A program made the translations under genes and the position numbers. Shown here in pieces: positions 1 to 9,384 of a DNA stretch of 64,000 nucleotides. The stretch is taken from positions 40,298-104,297 of the forward strand of contig JABGQS010000001.1 in assembly GCA_018648645.1 (NCBI GenBank), written 5' to 3'. This DNA is from Clostridia bacterium (GTDB lineage: Bacteria; Bacillota; Clostridia; Christensenellales; SZUA-584). The notes beneath the pieces are model-generated. The model was not told the DNA's origin. It did not search any database and saw only the letters and a program-made list of their open reading frames with translations. The stretch's first letter is position 1, and each line of letters opens with the position of its first letter.

Positions 1-1167
1 GAAAACTTGACGCACGCGGGGCTGGATGTGATCTTAATCGAAATGATGGATCAAGTGATGCCGAATCTCGATTTTGATATGGCGCAGATTTTGCACAAGC
101 ACATGAGCGCGAAAGGTGTGAAGCTGGCACTGAATCAAGGCGTGAAAGGCATTAAGGATACGGACGTGGGCGTTACTGTGATAACGGATAGGGCGCAGAT
201 TAGCGCAGGGTTTGCTGTGATGTCGATTGGTGTACGTCCGAACAGCGAGCTGGCAAAGGACTGCGGGCTGGAGCTTGGTGAACGCGGCGGTATCGTGGTG
301 GACGTGAGTCTCAAAACGAGCGATGAGAATATATACGCGGTGGGCGACGTTGCGCAAGTTAATAATTTTGTAAGCGGCGAGAAGACTATGATACCGCTGG
401 CGGGACCTGCGAACAAGATGGGGCGCATGGCTGCGGACAACATATGCGGGATGAACCGCGTTTATAAAGGCACACAGGGCAGCAGCGTTGTCAAAGTGTT
501 TGACATGAGCGCCGCAAGTACCGGTTTGAATGAGAAGCAGCTTAGCGGCATGGGCAAGAAGATAAACGACGATTACAGGGTGACTGTGCTGCATCCGCTG
601 AACCACGCGGGGTATTATCCCGGTGGAGAGAAGATGTGCCTAAAGGTGATATTTGACACGGATGGCAAGGTGCTTGGTGCGCAGGCGGTTGGTGGCGAAG
701 GTGTTGACAAGCGCATCGATGTGATTGCGACTGCGATACGATTTGGTGCGAGCGCGGACGATTTGCAGGAGTTGGAGCTTTGCTATGCACCGCCGTTTTC
801 ATCCGGCAAAGACCCTGTGAACATGGCGGGATTCACCGCTGAGAATATACTTGGCAACGTGACCGCCAACATCACATTTGACGAGCTTGCTGATTTACCC
901 GACGATACAGTATTGCTTGACGTGCGGACACCGGGCGAGGTGAAATGGGGCGCAATTGAAGGCAGCGTTAACATTCCTGTTGACGATTTGAGAGCGCGTA
1001 TTGGCGAGCTTGATAAGGACAAGGATTATGTGGTGTACTGCGCTGTGGGCATCCGTGCGCATACCGCTTGCCGGATATTGATTAACAATGGGTTTAGGAG
1101 TGTGCGAAACCTTGCGGGCGGATATTCGACGTATGGAGTTGCAAGCAAAGATTATACGATTGGTTAA
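1..1167 (+). CDS. CoA-disulfide reductase/NADH oxidase family with C-terminal rhodanese domain (5'-truncated by window edge)
   Basis: Motifs IYAVGD, PLAGPANKMGR, GVDKRIDV, LELCYAPPFS; rhodanese LLDVRT...YCAVGIRA. N-terminal FAD-binding part lies outside the window. Confidence 0.9.
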   Translation, partial: ENLTHAGLDVILIEMMDQVMPNLDFDMAQILHKHMSAKGVKLALNQGVKGIKDTDVGVTVITDRAQISAGFAVMSIGVRPNSELAKDCGLELGERGGIVVDVSLKTSDENIYAVGDVAQVNNFVSGEKTMIPLAGPANKMGRMAADNICGMNRVYKGTQGSSVVKVFDMSAASTGLNEKQLSGMGKKINDDYRVTVLHPLNHAGYYPGGEKMCLKVIFDTDGKVLGAQAVGGEGVDKRIDVIATAIRFGASADDLQELELCYAPPFSSGKDPVNMAGFTAENILGNVTANITFDELADLPDDTVLLDVRTPGEVKWGAIEGSVNIPVDDLRARIGELDKDKDYVVYCAVGIRAHTACRILINNGFRSVRNLAGGYSTYGVASKDYTIG

Positions 1168-1190
1168 GCAGAATAGTTGATAGAGAGAGT

Positions 1191-1222
1191 AAAAGGTCTG
1201 TGCAATGCGCACAGACCTTTTT
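1191..1222. terminator. Bidirectional intrinsic terminator
   Basis: aaaaggtctgtgc...gcacagacctttt inverted repeat between convergent genes. Confidence 0.85.
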
Positions 1223-1248
1223 AATTTGTCAACGTATTGATGAAAGGG

Positions 1249-3414
1249 TTATTCTTCTGCGGTTTCGTGTTTTATATCTGCGCGTATGCTGATGTTGCGC
1301 AGGGTGGGAATGGTATCAAACTTGATTATGTATGACGCATTCTCGCTGTCGTAAGCGATGACTTCGCCGGCGCCCATGATGGTATGAACGACGCGGTCGC
1401 CCACCGTAAAGCTGGGACCGTTTGCCATAACCTCGAGCATTTTCTCGCTGTTGGTGATGTTCCAGCCGGATTCGGACACGAGGGAGCCAGGAAGCTCGTT
1501 AGTATATGTAAGCAGGGTTTTGTCTATGTTGAAGATGAACCGCGAAGGGTAGCGATATGAGCCGTCGAGGTTGCGCCCTTCTGCGTCGGTGAGAAAAAGC
1601 GATTTTTGTGCGCGGGTGATTGCGACGAATGCGAGTCGGCGCTCTTCCTCCATGTTTTCGAGCGTCGAGGTTTTCTTGGAAGGGAACACGCCTTCCTCGA
1701 GACTGCAAACGAAAACGTGCGGGAACTCGAGACCTTTGGCAGCGTGTACCGTCATCAGCTTGACGCTGTTCTTCTGCGAGGCGGCGTCTGTGTTTGTCAT
1801 CAGCGCGACGCGGGAGAGGTAGCTGGAGAGAGTGCTTTCCTCGCCGCAGGTGGTCTCATATTCGTAGACCGATTGCTTAAGCTCTGCCAGATTGTCGAGA
1901 CGGTCTTGACTGCCTTGCGTGCGCAGCATCTGCTCGTATCCGCTTTCGTCGAGCAGCGCGCTGAGGCGTTCGGAAATGGGGGCTTCCTGATCCTCGTTGC
2001 TAAAGCGCTCGATCAGCTCCAGAAACTGTCGCGCCTTGGTGCCTTTGAAGATGTCGTTGTCGATTGCGCGCTCTAGCGCGGTATACATCGAGCATCGGTT
2101 TTGCTCGGAGTACTCTGTCAGGAAAGCGATTCTGCGCTCGCCGATGTTGCGCTTGGGGGTGTTGACCACGCGCAGGAACGACAAGTCGTCCTTGAACTCG
2201 ATGAGTCGCAGATAGGACAGCGTGTCTTTGATTTCCTTTCGCCCGAAGAACTGCACACCGCTGTAGATGGTGTAGGGCAGCTGCTCTTTGAGGAACACAT
2301 CCTCGAGCACGCGGGTCACGAAATGCGCGCGATACAGTATGGTGATGTCGTGTAGAGGTATATCTTGGTCGGCAAGCTGCTTGATTTGCGACACAATCCA
2401 TTTAGCCTCTGCCTGCGATGTTTTTGCGTGGTGGTAGATGGCATCGGTGCCATCCGGCAACAGTGCGATTAAGTCCTTTTTGATGCGGTTCTTGTTGGTA
2501 CTAATCAGTGAGTTTGCGACCGCGATAATCTGCGGCGTTGAGCGATAGTTGTCCATCATCTTGATTGTTTTCACATCGGGAAACGTTTTGTCGAAATCGA
2601 GGATATATTTGATACTGGCACCGCGCCAAGTGTATATGGTTTGGTCGGGGTCGCCCACGATAAACAGGTTGTTGTGGTATGCGCACAGAACCTTCATCAG
2701 CTTGAACTGCAGCTCGTCGATGTCCTGATACTCGTCTACCATGATGTACTGGAGGCGCTGTTGCCATTTTGTTTTAATGGCATCGTTGACGCTGAAGATG
2801 TATAGCACGAACTTAATGAGGTCGTTGTAATCGAGACCAAAGCACTTTTTCTGCTGGTATAGATAGCCCCAGAATATGATGTCGTCGCTAGACTGCGCAT
2901 CAAGATACTTTTGGTGCAGCTCGCCGAGAGTCATAGCAATCAAGTGCTCGTAGTAGGTCGGGTTCTGTTTCAGCTTGCGGATTTCGATCATGTCACGCGC
3001 TTTGGCGAATGTCATGTGGCGCAGGGTTAGGTCGCGCTCTTCATAAACGATTTTGAGCATGGCGTCGATGTCGCTGTTGTCGAGAACGAGAAAGTTCTTT
3101 GGGTATTGCACGGAGTTGATGTCCTCTTGCAGCACGGTGACGCAAAAGCTGTGGAATGTGCTGATATAGCCCGTGTCGTTGTCGCCCGTAAGCGCACGGA
3201 TACGCTGGCGCATTTCGTTGGCCGACTTGTTGGTGAAGGTGACGCACAGGATGCCCGAGGGCATGATGCCGATTTCGTTGACGAGATAAGCAAAGCGATG
3301 CGAAAGCGCGCGCGTCTTGCCCGAGCCCGCACCCGCGATGACACGGATGAAGCCTTCGGTGGATGTGACAGCCTTGCGCTGCTGCTCGTTTAGCTCTTTT
3401 AGAATATCCAGCAT
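1249..3414 (-). CDS. UvrD/PcrA/Rep superfamily 1 DNA helicase
   Basis: Walker A AGAGSGKT, VDEYQD, VGDPDQTIY, NYRS, MTVHAAKGLEF, EEERRLAFVAITRA; C-terminal Tudor-like GDRVVH..G.G.V. Confidence 0.95.
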   Translation of the reverse strand: MLDILKELNEQQRKAVTSTEGFIRVIAGAGSGKTRALSHRFAYLVNEIGIMPSGILCVTFTNKSANEMRQRIRALTGDNDTGYISTFHSFCVTVLQEDINSVQYPKNFLVLDNSDIDAMLKIVYEERDLTLRHMTFAKARDMIEIRKLKQNPTYYEHLIAMTLGELHQKYLDAQSSDDIIFWGYLYQQKKCFGLDYNDLIKFVLYIFSVNDAIKTKWQQRLQYIMVDEYQDIDELQFKLMKVLCAYHNNLFIVGDPDQTIYTWRGASIKYILDFDKTFPDVKTIKMMDNYRSTPQIIAVANSLISTNKNRIKKDLIALLPDGTDAIYHHAKTSQAEAKWIVSQIKQLADQDIPLHDITILYRAHFVTRVLEDVFLKEQLPYTIYSGVQFFGRKEIKDTLSYLRLIEFKDDLSFLRVVNTPKRNIGERRIAFLTEYSEQNRCSMYTALERAIDNDIFKGTKARQFLELIERFSNEDQEAPISERLSALLDESGYEQMLRTQGSQDRLDNLAELKQSVYEYETTCGEESTLSSYLSRVALMTNTDAASQKNSVKLMTVHAAKGLEFPHVFVCSLEEGVFPSKKTSTLENMEEERRLAFVAITRAQKSLFLTDAEGRNLDGSYRYPSRFIFNIDKTLLTYTNELPGSLVSESGWNITNSEKMLEVMANGPSFTVGDRVVHTIMGAGEVIAYDSENASYIIKFDTIPTLRNISIRADIKHETAEE

Positions 3415-3578
3415 GTTGGTACACCGCCTTAAAACGACTATATCATATAGTATAGGCGCTTTCCAGTCCCAAAAAAGGGACGGGGGGAAGCGGGGTGGTT
3501 TAATGGTAGATTTTTGGTCAGGTTATTGATATAATGGGATTAGATTTAGGTTAAGATAATATTTCTTTAGGAGCACAT

Positions 3579-5243
3579 ATGGGCAGACTTGAAAGTAACC
3601 GTGGTTATTTGTGTCAAGGAGTAGTCTCAATATTTAGTTCTATTTTAGAAAACGATTGGGATGGCATAAGTGTTAAATATGCAGCTGAAAGGGACAAAGT
3701 TGACATAGCCCTCATTTATTCTGATGGTACTTTAAATAAAGCGGTCCAAGTAAGATCATCAATAAACGTATTTAGCAAGGATGATGTTCTTTCTTGGATT
3801 AACGAAATAATGAATGATATAGATGCTCTTGAATATAATCTAATTATAATTGGGGAATGTAAAAAGAAAGCCAGCGCATTTATTGAATCTATAACAAAGT
3901 TCTATTCTTTAAATATGGATAATGAAGCAAAGAGAAGTATTGCCGGTTTTGAAAGTGCTTTATCCCGCAATATGATAAGAATAACTGTACTGCCTTATGA
4001 TGCAGATACATTATTTAGAGAAGTTAGTGACTCCGTTTATCGTTTTGCTTCATATAAGGATTTCTTAGTTGATCATCCAACCCTAGAGCAATTATCATAT
4101 GCGCTGGTTTCATTGCCTATACTTTTTGGGACAAAAGGAGAAAATGTACGTAAAACGGATTATGAGAATAAAATTTTTAGGTGGTTAGAACATACGGTGA
4201 ACAATGAAACGGCGAGAACGGACACTTTTTCTGATTTGGATTTATTGGCTTATGATGGAATAGAAGAAGAGTTTAAGAAGAGTTTTCATGCTTACCATTT
4301 GTCTGATTTATCCTCATTTAAACTATATAAGGAGAAGCTGCTATCCGATGGCAAAGAACTAATAGATAAGATAAACTCGATGAAAATGAAATCCTTTGAT
4401 CTACAGATAGCCGACCATACTGATAATACTAAATCAGCAGATACAGATAAGATAAGCTTAGCGAAGGCATTTCAGTTTAAAAAAGCAGAACTTATCGATG
4501 ATGAGCAAATAGATTACAAAGCAAGTATAAAGGAGTATTGGGGCATTGAAGTTAAAACCAGTTTTTTTCATGTTGGAAACCTGATACAAGAAAATATATT
4601 GAATACCAGGATTGTGTATGAGGGAACTGATGTTGAAAAGGAAAAGCACAATTTGATAAATGTTTTGCTGTTTAACTATATTTTTATACTGAAAAGTATT
4701 GACCATTTGTCCAAAGGAATGCAGCAGGTGCTATTCCTGCAATTAACAGTAGCGAATACAGCGAATATATCAGACAGTAATATTACGATAACGATTCCAT
4801 CAAAAACAAATGATTATTGCTTGTTTGATTTTGATAGGGATTTAAGCAGCGATAATAAAGAAATGCTTGATGTAATGGCAGATATCTGGATTGAGAAAAA
4901 GATTATTGGTACGCTCTTCGGGCAAAAGGCAAATTCGCAGGTTGGCACAGACGCTGATGAAAGTGTTTACGACAACCCACTGTTGATGCCGACATTTTTA
5001 GGAAATGCACCAAAGAAGAATCTGGAAGATATAAAAAAAGAAATAGCGTTATATCAAGCGGAAGAGAGTTCTGCCGGATTCGTAGAATATGATTTTAGCT
5101 CTATACGTCCGGACGAATCTTTATGGCTGGAACCTTGGATGATGATATTACCAAGCACCAATGAATTTGAAATTCGCTACTCAATTCTTTCAGATGCCTT
5201 AGGCGGTAAGAAAGAGGGAGAGCTAGTGGTATCCGTTGAATAA
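3579..5243 (+). CDS. AT-rich hypothetical protein with putative N-terminal PD-(D/E)xK-like nuclease domain
   Basis: 554-aa ORF with RBS (aggag) and extended -10 (tgatataat). N-terminus RGYLCQ...KVDIAL...AVQVRS resembles GY.YQ...D...QVK nuclease starts. Function is an inference. Confidence 0.6.
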   Translation: MGRLESNRGYLCQGVVSIFSSILENDWDGISVKYAAERDKVDIALIYSDGTLNKAVQVRSSINVFSKDDVLSWINEIMNDIDALEYNLIIIGECKKKASAFIESITKFYSLNMDNEAKRSIAGFESALSRNMIRITVLPYDADTLFREVSDSVYRFASYKDFLVDHPTLEQLSYALVSLPILFGTKGENVRKTDYENKIFRWLEHTVNNETARTDTFSDLDLLAYDGIEEEFKKSFHAYHLSDLSSFKLYKEKLLSDGKELIDKINSMKMKSFDLQIADHTDNTKSADTDKISLAKAFQFKKAELIDDEQIDYKASIKEYWGIEVKTSFFHVGNLIQENILNTRIVYEGTDVEKEKHNLINVLLFNYIFILKSIDHLSKGMQQVLFLQLTVANTANISDSNITITIPSKTNDYCLFDFDRDLSSDNKEMLDVMADIWIEKKIIGTLFGQKANSQVGTDADESVYDNPLLMPTFLGNAPKKNLEDIKKEIALYQAEESSAGFVEYDFSSIRPDESLWLEPWMMILPSTNEFEIRYSILSDALGGKKEGELVVSVE

Positions 5244-5274
5244 CTATTAGTGAATACCTACACAACATATAAAG

Positions 5275-5303
5275 AAGCCTCCGCAATATAGGAGGCTTTT
5301 TTT
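5275..5303 (+). terminator. Intrinsic terminator
   Basis: aagcctcc-gcaatata-ggaggctt followed by T tract. Confidence 0.85.
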
Positions 5304-5354
5304 CTACCTAAAACAGCGATTTCACAATAAAATAAAAAAATTAATAATAAATAC

Positions 5355-5384
5355 TTGACAATAGTGTATGGCATACAGTATAAT
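5355..5384 (+). promoter_or_regulatory. Sigma-A promoter of padR operon with a palindromic operator in the spacer
   Basis: TTGACA-N18-TATAAT; overlapping dyad ATAgTGTATG-g-CATACAgTAT (5361-5381). Confidence 0.8.
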
Positions 5385-5401
5385 GAGCACGAGGTGAGAA
5401 G

Positions 5402-5746
5402 ATGAGTGATAATAACGAGATTAAAACGAACTTATTCCTGGAGCTGAGACGGGGCACGATTACACTGTGTGTGCTGAGCCAGCTGACAGAGCCAAAGTAC
5501 GGATACGCGCTGGTGGAGACGCTGGACGAAAAAGGAATGCGCGTGGAACCCGGGACGCTGTATCCGCTGCTGAGAAGGCTGGAGAAGCAGGGGCTGTTGA
5601 AAAGCGAGTGGGAGACCACGGGCAGCAAACCGCGCAAGTATTACGTGCTTAGCGAAATGGGAGAGCAAGTGTATCTGGCGCTGACAGCAGAGTGGGGACA
5701 GATGCGCGAAACGATTGATACGTTAACGAATGAGGAGGCAAAGTAA
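5402..5746 (+). CDS. PadR family transcriptional regulator
   Basis: ELRRG, YGY, GTLYPLLRRLE, PRKYY. Confidence 0.95.
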   Translation: MSDNNEIKTNLFLELRRGTITLCVLSQLTEPKYGYALVETLDEKGMRVEPGTLYPLLRRLEKQGLLKSEWETTGSKPRKYYVLSEMGEQVYLALTAEWGQMRETIDTLTNEEAK

Positions 5747-5747
5747 A

Positions 5748-6767
5748 ATGGAAAAGACGAGCAATGATTTTATGGGAATGGTTGATCGATATGTGTATGA
5801 CGTGACACGGCGGCTGCCAAAAGCGCAGCGGGCAGATATCGAGCAGGAACTAAGAGGATTGATTGAGGACATGCTGGAGCAGGCGGGGCCGACACCTCGT
5901 AAAGAAGACGTGGAAGCGGTGTTGACGGAGCTTGGGCGTCCGAGCGAGCTGGCATCCAAATATCGCGGTAAGAAGCGATTTTTGATAGGACCGGAGTTAT
6001 TCGATACTTACTTACTTGTGATTAAAATCGTTATGGGCGCAGTAGCGCTTGGCATCACAATCGCGACAGTTGTCGGCGTGATTGCCTCGCCGCCGCCGCA
6101 CTTTTGGATAGCGCTAGCCGATTACTTATCAACTCTAGTCTCGGCGGTGGTGCAGGCGTTTGCATATGTCACAATAGTGTTTGCGATAATCGAGCGCTTT
6201 GCCAAGAGGAAAGAGAACTGGAAGCAGGACGCTTGGAAGCCGGTCGATTTGCCCGAGATTCCAAAGGCGAAGGCGCGCATCAAACCGTCTGAACCGATTG
6301 CCGGCATCGTGTTTGCCGTAATCGCGCTGATGGTATTCAATACTGTGCCGCATTTGATTGGCATCTATCAATTCTCGGACGGGGTTACGATTACTCCGGT
6401 GTTTGATCTTGATGTATTGCGCAGTATGATTGTATTGATCGATATACTGTTTGTTCTCGCCATTGTAAAGGAAGCATTTAGATTGGTGAACGGCAAGCAT
6501 TCGATAATGCTGGCGACAGCAGTTACAATTATTAACGCCGCTATGATTACGATAACGATTGCGGTGTTCCTCCCACCGGCAATCTGGAACGGCGATATGA
6601 TTGCGATGCTGCAAGCGGGTTCGGATATGACCTGGGCAGAGCGGGTTGACTTGCAATACATTTGGTCAATCGTACCAAAGATTATTGTGGGGCTAAGCGT
6701 GTTCGGCTATGTGGTAGAGATTATCACAAGCTGGGTACGGGGCGCAAGAAACGCAATCACTGGATAG
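5748..6767 (+). CDS. Membrane protein with N-terminal HAAS-type signalling domain (PadR partner)
   Basis: RYVYDVTRRLP...DIEQEL...LTELGRPSELA then multiple TM segments; ATG at 5748 after RBS gaggagg. Confidence 0.8.
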   Translation: MEKTSNDFMGMVDRYVYDVTRRLPKAQRADIEQELRGLIEDMLEQAGPTPRKEDVEAVLTELGRPSELASKYRGKKRFLIGPELFDTYLLVIKIVMGAVALGITIATVVGVIASPPPHFWIALADYLSTLVSAVVQAFAYVTIVFAIIERFAKRKENWKQDAWKPVDLPEIPKAKARIKPSEPIAGIVFAVIALMVFNTVPHLIGIYQFSDGVTITPVFDLDVLRSMIVLIDILFVLAIVKEAFRLVNGKHSIMLATAVTIINAAMITITIAVFLPPAIWNGDMIAMLQAGSDMTWAERVDLQYIWSIVPKIIVGLSVFGYVVEIITSWVRGARNAITG

Positions 6768-6780
6768 GCAAGAAACAGGC

Positions 6781-6820
6781 AAAAAAGGGAGCGCATCCGC
6801 ATTGGATGTGCTCCCTTTTT
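6781..6820. terminator. Bidirectional intrinsic terminator
   Basis: aaaaaagggagcgcatcc...ggatgtgctcccttttt. Confidence 0.85.
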
Positions 6821-6838
6821 ATTATGTCGTCTAATATG

Positions 6839-7411
6839 CTACCATTGTGTTTTGTCTTCTTGCTTTTCTGTATTGACCGGATAGTTCGGCTCAGGAAATT
6901 GTGCAGAGCTATCAATAGGCGCGACTGAAATCGCTGTGTCTTCCTGTTGTGCAATTTGCTGTTGCTGAGTGATAAATGCCTCCATGTGTCGATGATACTG
7001 CTGACGAAATACCAGCTTTTGAAAATAGCTGTCGGGCAGCGGTATAAAAGCGAGTATGCCGGCCGCGATACACACAAGGCTTGTGAACGCCAAAATAGAA
7101 AACGCTGCAGAGTCGATAACGGCTATCACAAACAGTGGTATGCTTGCGCCAATAATGATTAGACCGCCAACGATGCGCTTTGCTCTTATTAAGCCGGCAC
7201 CGACGATGCTGGCGGCGACCGTTAGAAACAAGAGTATGGCTACGGCTGTTGCTACGCTACTGTCATATTGTAAAAAGAAAATGTCTTGGTGCCCTGCCAA
7301 TATGCTCGTGCCGATTATTAGTGCGAACAGACCGCCGTATATGCTGGCGATAAGCCCCATAATAAAGCCGGACAATCTTCCTCTGTTACGTTTCAATTTC
7401 GCTATATCCAA
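6839..7411 (-). CDS. Four-TM membrane protein with Gln-rich tail (paralog of the neighbouring gene)
   Basis: Four hydrophobic segments; TTG start with ggagg RBS; GLIA...RIVGGL...GILAFIP parallels the neighbour. Confidence 0.7.
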   Translation of the reverse strand: MDIAKLKRNRGRLSGFIMGLIASIYGGLFALIIGTSILAGHQDIFFLQYDSSVATAVAILLFLTVAASIVGAGLIRAKRIVGGLIIIGASIPLFVIAVIDSAAFSILAFTSLVCIAAGILAFIPLPDSYFQKLVFRQQYHRHMEAFITQQQQIAQQEDTAISVAPIDSSAQFPEPNYPVNTEKQEDKTQW

Positions 7412-7437
7412 AAGTGCTGCCTCCGTATTTTAGTCTG

Positions 7438-8064
7438 CTATTCTGCCGGGTTGTTGTCCTTTGGTGGTGGCGGCGCAACCGGGGGTTGCTGTGGTTGCGG
7501 AGGTTGCTGCGGTTGATATGGCTGCTGTGGCTGCTGCTGATACGGTTGGTACGGCTGTTGCTGTGGTGGATACTGCTGGTATTGCTGCTGCGGCTGGTAT
7601 GATTGTTGCGTATTTCGGTTAAATTTCTTTTGTTTGCGCTCGACATAAAGCTGCTTGTAGCGGGCGCTGTATGGTACAAACGCCAGGATTGCGGCTGTGA
7701 ATGACATCAGCCCGGTTATGAGAAGTGGGATCATAAGAATCGAAGTCCATGCGCCGGCAACGCCGACAAAAATAATGGGTATAGAAGTAATCAGCATTAA
7801 AACGCCGCCTGCGATACGGCTGGATCGAACGATGCAACCGCCAATCAAGTTGAGCAGAGCGATAACAAAAATAACGATGCCTGCAACCAGGATTATACCA
7901 CCCAACCAAGCACTCAAGTCGCCCAATACGCTTTCAAACAGACTGCTTGTGAAACCACTTGCCAAGAATGCGCTAAATGCCAAAACGATGCCGATGATGC
8001 CGTGGAGAATCCCGGCGATAAGCCCGAGCACCGTTGCGGAAACGCGTCCAATTTTGTTACTCAT
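7438..8064 (-). CDS. Four-TM membrane protein with Gln/Pro/Tyr-rich C-terminal tail
   Basis: ATG 8064 with ggagg RBS; GLIAG...RIAGGVL...AILAFVP; QQPYQP repeats. Confidence 0.75.
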   Translation of the reverse strand: MSNKIGRVSATVLGLIAGILHGIIGIVLAFSAFLASGFTSSLFESVLGDLSAWLGGIILVAGIVIFVIALLNLIGGCIVRSSRIAGGVLMLITSIPIIFVGVAGAWTSILMIPLLITGLMSFTAAILAFVPYSARYKQLYVERKQKKFNRNTQQSYQPQQQYQQYPPQQQPYQPYQQQPQQPYQPQQPPQPQQPPVAPPPPKDNNPAE

Positions 8065-8282
8065 TGCAAATACCTCCAAAATTTTTGTACATATTTATAT
8101 GCTTCAATTTTACTCCCTTTATCTATAGTAGTCAATCAGATTAACACGCTTTTTGCAAATTTTACATGTCGGATTTGTGAACACAGTGGTAACATTGCCG
8201 TTTTGAAACGCGAATTGAATAAAAAGTGTTGATTTTCATTGGGGGGTATGTGTTATAATAGTTTAATTAGGAGGAGACAGCT

Positions 8283-8918
8283 ATGCGGGATAACAGAATT
8301 AGCGAAGCGGTTATAAGTCGGCTGCCTAAGTACTATAGGTACTTGAGCGAACTTGAAGCAAAGGGGACTCAGCGAGTATCATCCAGCAAGATGAGCGCGG
8401 ATATGGGGCTTAATGCGTCGCAGATTCGGCGAGACCTTAATTGCTTTGGGGGTTTTGGTCAACAGGGGTATGGGTATCAGGTGAACAATCTCAAAAACGA
8501 GATTAAGAAAATACTTGGTATTGGCAAGAAATATACCGCGGTGGTTGTGGGCGCCGGAAACATTGGGCAGGCGCTGTACAAGTACACGAACTTCGCTGAG
8601 GAAGGTTATAATCTTGCTGCAATCTTTGATGCTGACCAATCTGTGGTCGATAAGGAGATTGACGGAATAACTGTGCGGCCTATCGAAGAGCTTGCCGATT
8701 TTGTTATCAACAACGAAGTGAACCTTGGGGTGATTACTGCGCCTAAGCGGCACGCCCAGCGGATTGCTGACGAGCTTGTGCTTCTTGGCGTCAAAGGCAT
8801 ATGGAATTTCGCGCCGGTTGATGTTGTGGCACGCAAAGGCGTTTGTGTAGAAAACGTGCATTTGAGCGACAGCTTGTTTGTGCTTTCATATAGGATGAGA
8901 ACCAATGGAGAAGATTAG
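8283..8918 (+). CDS. rex: Redox-sensing transcriptional repressor Rex
   Basis: RLPKYYRYL, QIRRDL..FG.FGQQGYGY, VVGAGNIGQAL, GIWNFAP. Confidence 0.97.
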   Translation: MRDNRISEAVISRLPKYYRYLSELEAKGTQRVSSSKMSADMGLNASQIRRDLNCFGGFGQQGYGYQVNNLKNEIKKILGIGKKYTAVVVGAGNIGQALYKYTNFAEEGYNLAAIFDADQSVVDKEIDGITVRPIEELADFVINNEVNLGVITAPKRHAQRIADELVLLGVKGIWNFAPVDVVARKGVCVENVHLSDSLFVLSYRMRTNGED

Positions 8919-9297
8919 CGTAAAGACAAAGCAGCGCTGTGAGATGGTCAACATCACAAGCGACGTAAAGCGATGCGTAAAGCAAATCGGGATAAAAAGC
9001 GGCGTGGTGCATGTTTTTGTTCCGCACACAACGGCGGGGGTGTCGATAAACGAAAACGCAGACCCTGACGTAGTGCGTGATGTCGTGTTTGCGATGGAGC
9101 GCGCTGTGCCAAACGAGGGATTCGATCACCTTGAAGGCAATTCGGACGCGCATACCAAAGCGCAGATGACTGGGCTGTCCTTGACCGTAATTGTGCAGGA
9201 CGGGCAGCTGATGCTCGGCGTGTGGCAAGGCATATATTTTTGTGAGTTTGACGGACCGCGCAATCGTCAAGTATATGTGCAGGCAGCAAATTGTTAA
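8905..9297 (+). CDS. yjbQ: YjbQ/UPF0047 family protein (secondary thiamine-phosphate synthase-like)
   Basis: PHTTAG..INENADPDV, HLEGNSDAH, LG.WQGIYFCEFDGPR. Confidence 0.92.
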   Translation: MEKISVKTKQRCEMVNITSDVKRCVKQIGIKSGVVHVFVPHTTAGVSINENADPDVVRDVVFAMERAVPNEGFDHLEGNSDAHTKAQMTGLSLTVIVQDGQLMLGVWQGIYFCEFDGPRNRQVYVQAANC

Positions 9298-9384
9298 TGT
9301 AAAGTCGGTGTTTGCAGATGCTCTGCGATGCCTGAATCAATAAAGGAAAGAATGTGCGAAGGGCACAAAGCGAAAGGAAAAGTC

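Noticed and set aside
1249-5243. Calling helicase plus orphan a Gabija- or Hachiman-type system
   Set aside because: The genes are divergent with different composition; no OLD/TOPRIM ATPase or SF2 helicase motifs.
8175-8192. TTGTGAA half-site upstream of rex as an autoregulatory Rex box
   Set aside because: The second half (GTGGTAA) does not match TTCACAA/TTAACAA at the 4-nt spacing.
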